Shown here: positions 62,437 through 64,000 of the stretch, piece by piece
How positions within the stretch are numbered: the stretch's first letter is position 1
Layout: every line of letters starts with the position of its first letter
Assembly: GCF_964204645.1 (NCBI RefSeq)
Contig: NC_134034.1
Coordinates: forward strand, 9,870,962 to 9,934,961
Direction: 5' to 3'
Length of the DNA: 64,000 nt
From: Tubulanus polymorphus
Taxonomy: Eukaryota > Animalia > Nemertea
Position numbers and translations under genes: made by a program
The notes under the pieces: generated by a model
Told to the model about the DNA's origin: nothing
Database searches by the model: none
Seen by the model: only the letters and a program-made list of their open reading frames with translations

Positions 62437-63475
62437 TAATGAACCTCGCCTCCTTTCCTTAGGATTGTATCTAATAATTACACTCATAGCAGGTGATCGG
62501 TTACCATGGTAACGGATAGATAAGCAGTTCGGCGCCGAAAGGTGCAGTGATTTTTAAACTTTTTTAAGGAAGGAGTTAGGGTCAATTGCTGCTCTTAATG
62601 TAAATGAGCATCAGAGCTCATTTCTCTGAAAGAGGTGCGGGGAGGGCATTCGTAAAAAAAGCTTTGATCTTAGCCTTGAAAAAATGATAACTTATTTCTC
62701 CCAATTCGTTTCGTAAACTGCGATACAATTTGTAATCAGTTTATAACTGCTGGCTTGTTGTTATTAGCTTGAACATGATTTAAGAAAAAATAGTGAAGCG
62801 AGTTAGTTACTCTTATTATCCGCCGTTTGTCCCAAAACGGAATTTAGAAAGGGTTAGCAGCCCTAAGGATGGATAGGCTGCCGGCCGGGTCATGTTTCAA
62901 CAGTAATGAAAAACAAGGTATGGATTGTTTCTAGCAACTGGTCGCAAATGGGTGCGTATGTTGACTGCAACCGTTTTTGCGGAGAATGCGTGCGACTAGT
63001 CCGCGTCGGTCGCAAGAACGGTATTTGCCAGACTACCGGATGGGGTCGCGTCGATGAAATAGAAACTTATTGTGCCCAACTGCCCAATTGCTAAAGGTCA
63101 CGATGTCAAAGGACGCAATCGTCGCTCGGTGTCGCGGAGAATCGCGTCGTAACAAGGCCGTCCCATCGTGTCCTTTACGTAGACCGGCGTCGGAATCGGG
63201 TTTTTCTAGTCGCGGATATTTTTTGTTGTTTCGGAAATGGATTCGTCTCGATTTTTCAGGGTGACATTTGAACTTTTAAGAAATTGATTGTGAAGCGGAT
63301 ATAAAAAAATCCCTCGTCATTTCTCTCCCCCTCCTAGCTCTCGTGTTACAAATGTTACTTCCGTAAATAGCTCTCGTTCTACTGCTGCGCGCGCGTGGAC
63401 GAATGGAGTTGCTGACATCACGTACCGTTTTACATTGGCCTTATTTCCATACAGATTCTTGACTGGGAACTATCT

Positions 63476-64000
63476 CTGACGCACACAGAGCTGTCAACCA
63501 TCCCTGATTGTCAGCAACTGTCTCTGAAAATACTTTACTTTCCCCCCTGACGCACAGAGGGCTGTCAACCATCCCTGATTGTCAGCAACAGTCTCTGAAA
63601 ATACTTCACTGTCCCCCCTGACGCACACAGAGCTGTCAACCATCCCTGATTGTCAGCAACTGCCTCTGAAAATACTGAACTGTTCCCTTGACGCACGCAG
63701 AGCTGTCAACCATCCCTGATTGTCAGCAACTGTCTCTGAAAATACTTCACTGTCCCCCCTGACACACGCAGAGCTGTCAACCATCCCTGATTGTCAGCAA
63801 CTGTCTCTGAAAATACTGAACTGTTCCCTTGACGCACGCAGAGCTGTCAACCATCCCTGATTGTCAGCAACAGTCTCTGAAAATACTTTACTGTCCCCCC
63901 CCCTGACGCACACAGAGCTGTCAACCATCCCTGATTGTCAGCAACAGTCTCTGAAAATACTGAACTGTACCCCTGATGCACACAGAGCTGTCAACCATCC
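63476..64000. repeat. ~71-bp minisatellite running off the window end
   Basis: Unit CTGACGCACACAGAGCTGTCAACCATCCCTGATTGTCAGCAAC...GAAAATAC, starting at ~63476, 63547 and 63618. Confidence 0.95.

Overview
Eukaryotic, invertebrate-like genomic DNA (GT-AG introns, TTAGGG traces, many MITEs and minisatellites; the domain repertoire suggests a lophotrochozoan, which is an inference). I reconstructed three minus-strand genes by hand from splice sites and reading-frame phase. (1) A 3-coding-exon, ~1917-aa GRL101-like (type C2) leucine-rich-repeat GPCR at 43866-51500, with a long CUB-like/C-type-lectin N-terminal extension. (2) A 12-exon gene at 31521-40967 for a secreted protein: signal peptide, unknown helical region, Cys-rich module, degenerate F-type lectin, EGF-like module, 5 FN3 domains, no transmembrane segment. 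(3) The 5' part of an unidentified gene with two alternative N-terminal coding exons (12066-12440, 7885-8073) that fit a shared 44-nt exon (6263-6306). The most striking observation is in gene 2. Its 678-nt phase-1/phase-1 exon 2 (39600-40277) reads as protein-like sequence but has four in-frame TGA codons, no TAA/TAG and no frameshift, while the other 11 exons are intact. This points to UGA recoding/editing, a poison-exon switch by alternative 3' splice sites, or local CGA>TGA decay. The window also holds Penelope-like retroelement ends with hammerhead ribozyme motifs (one intact at 28203-28244), a LINE 3' remnant, tRNA-derived SINEs, and Harbinger-, piggyBac-, hAT- and Helentron-like non-autonomous elements. 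No database searches were run; family names come from motif recognition.
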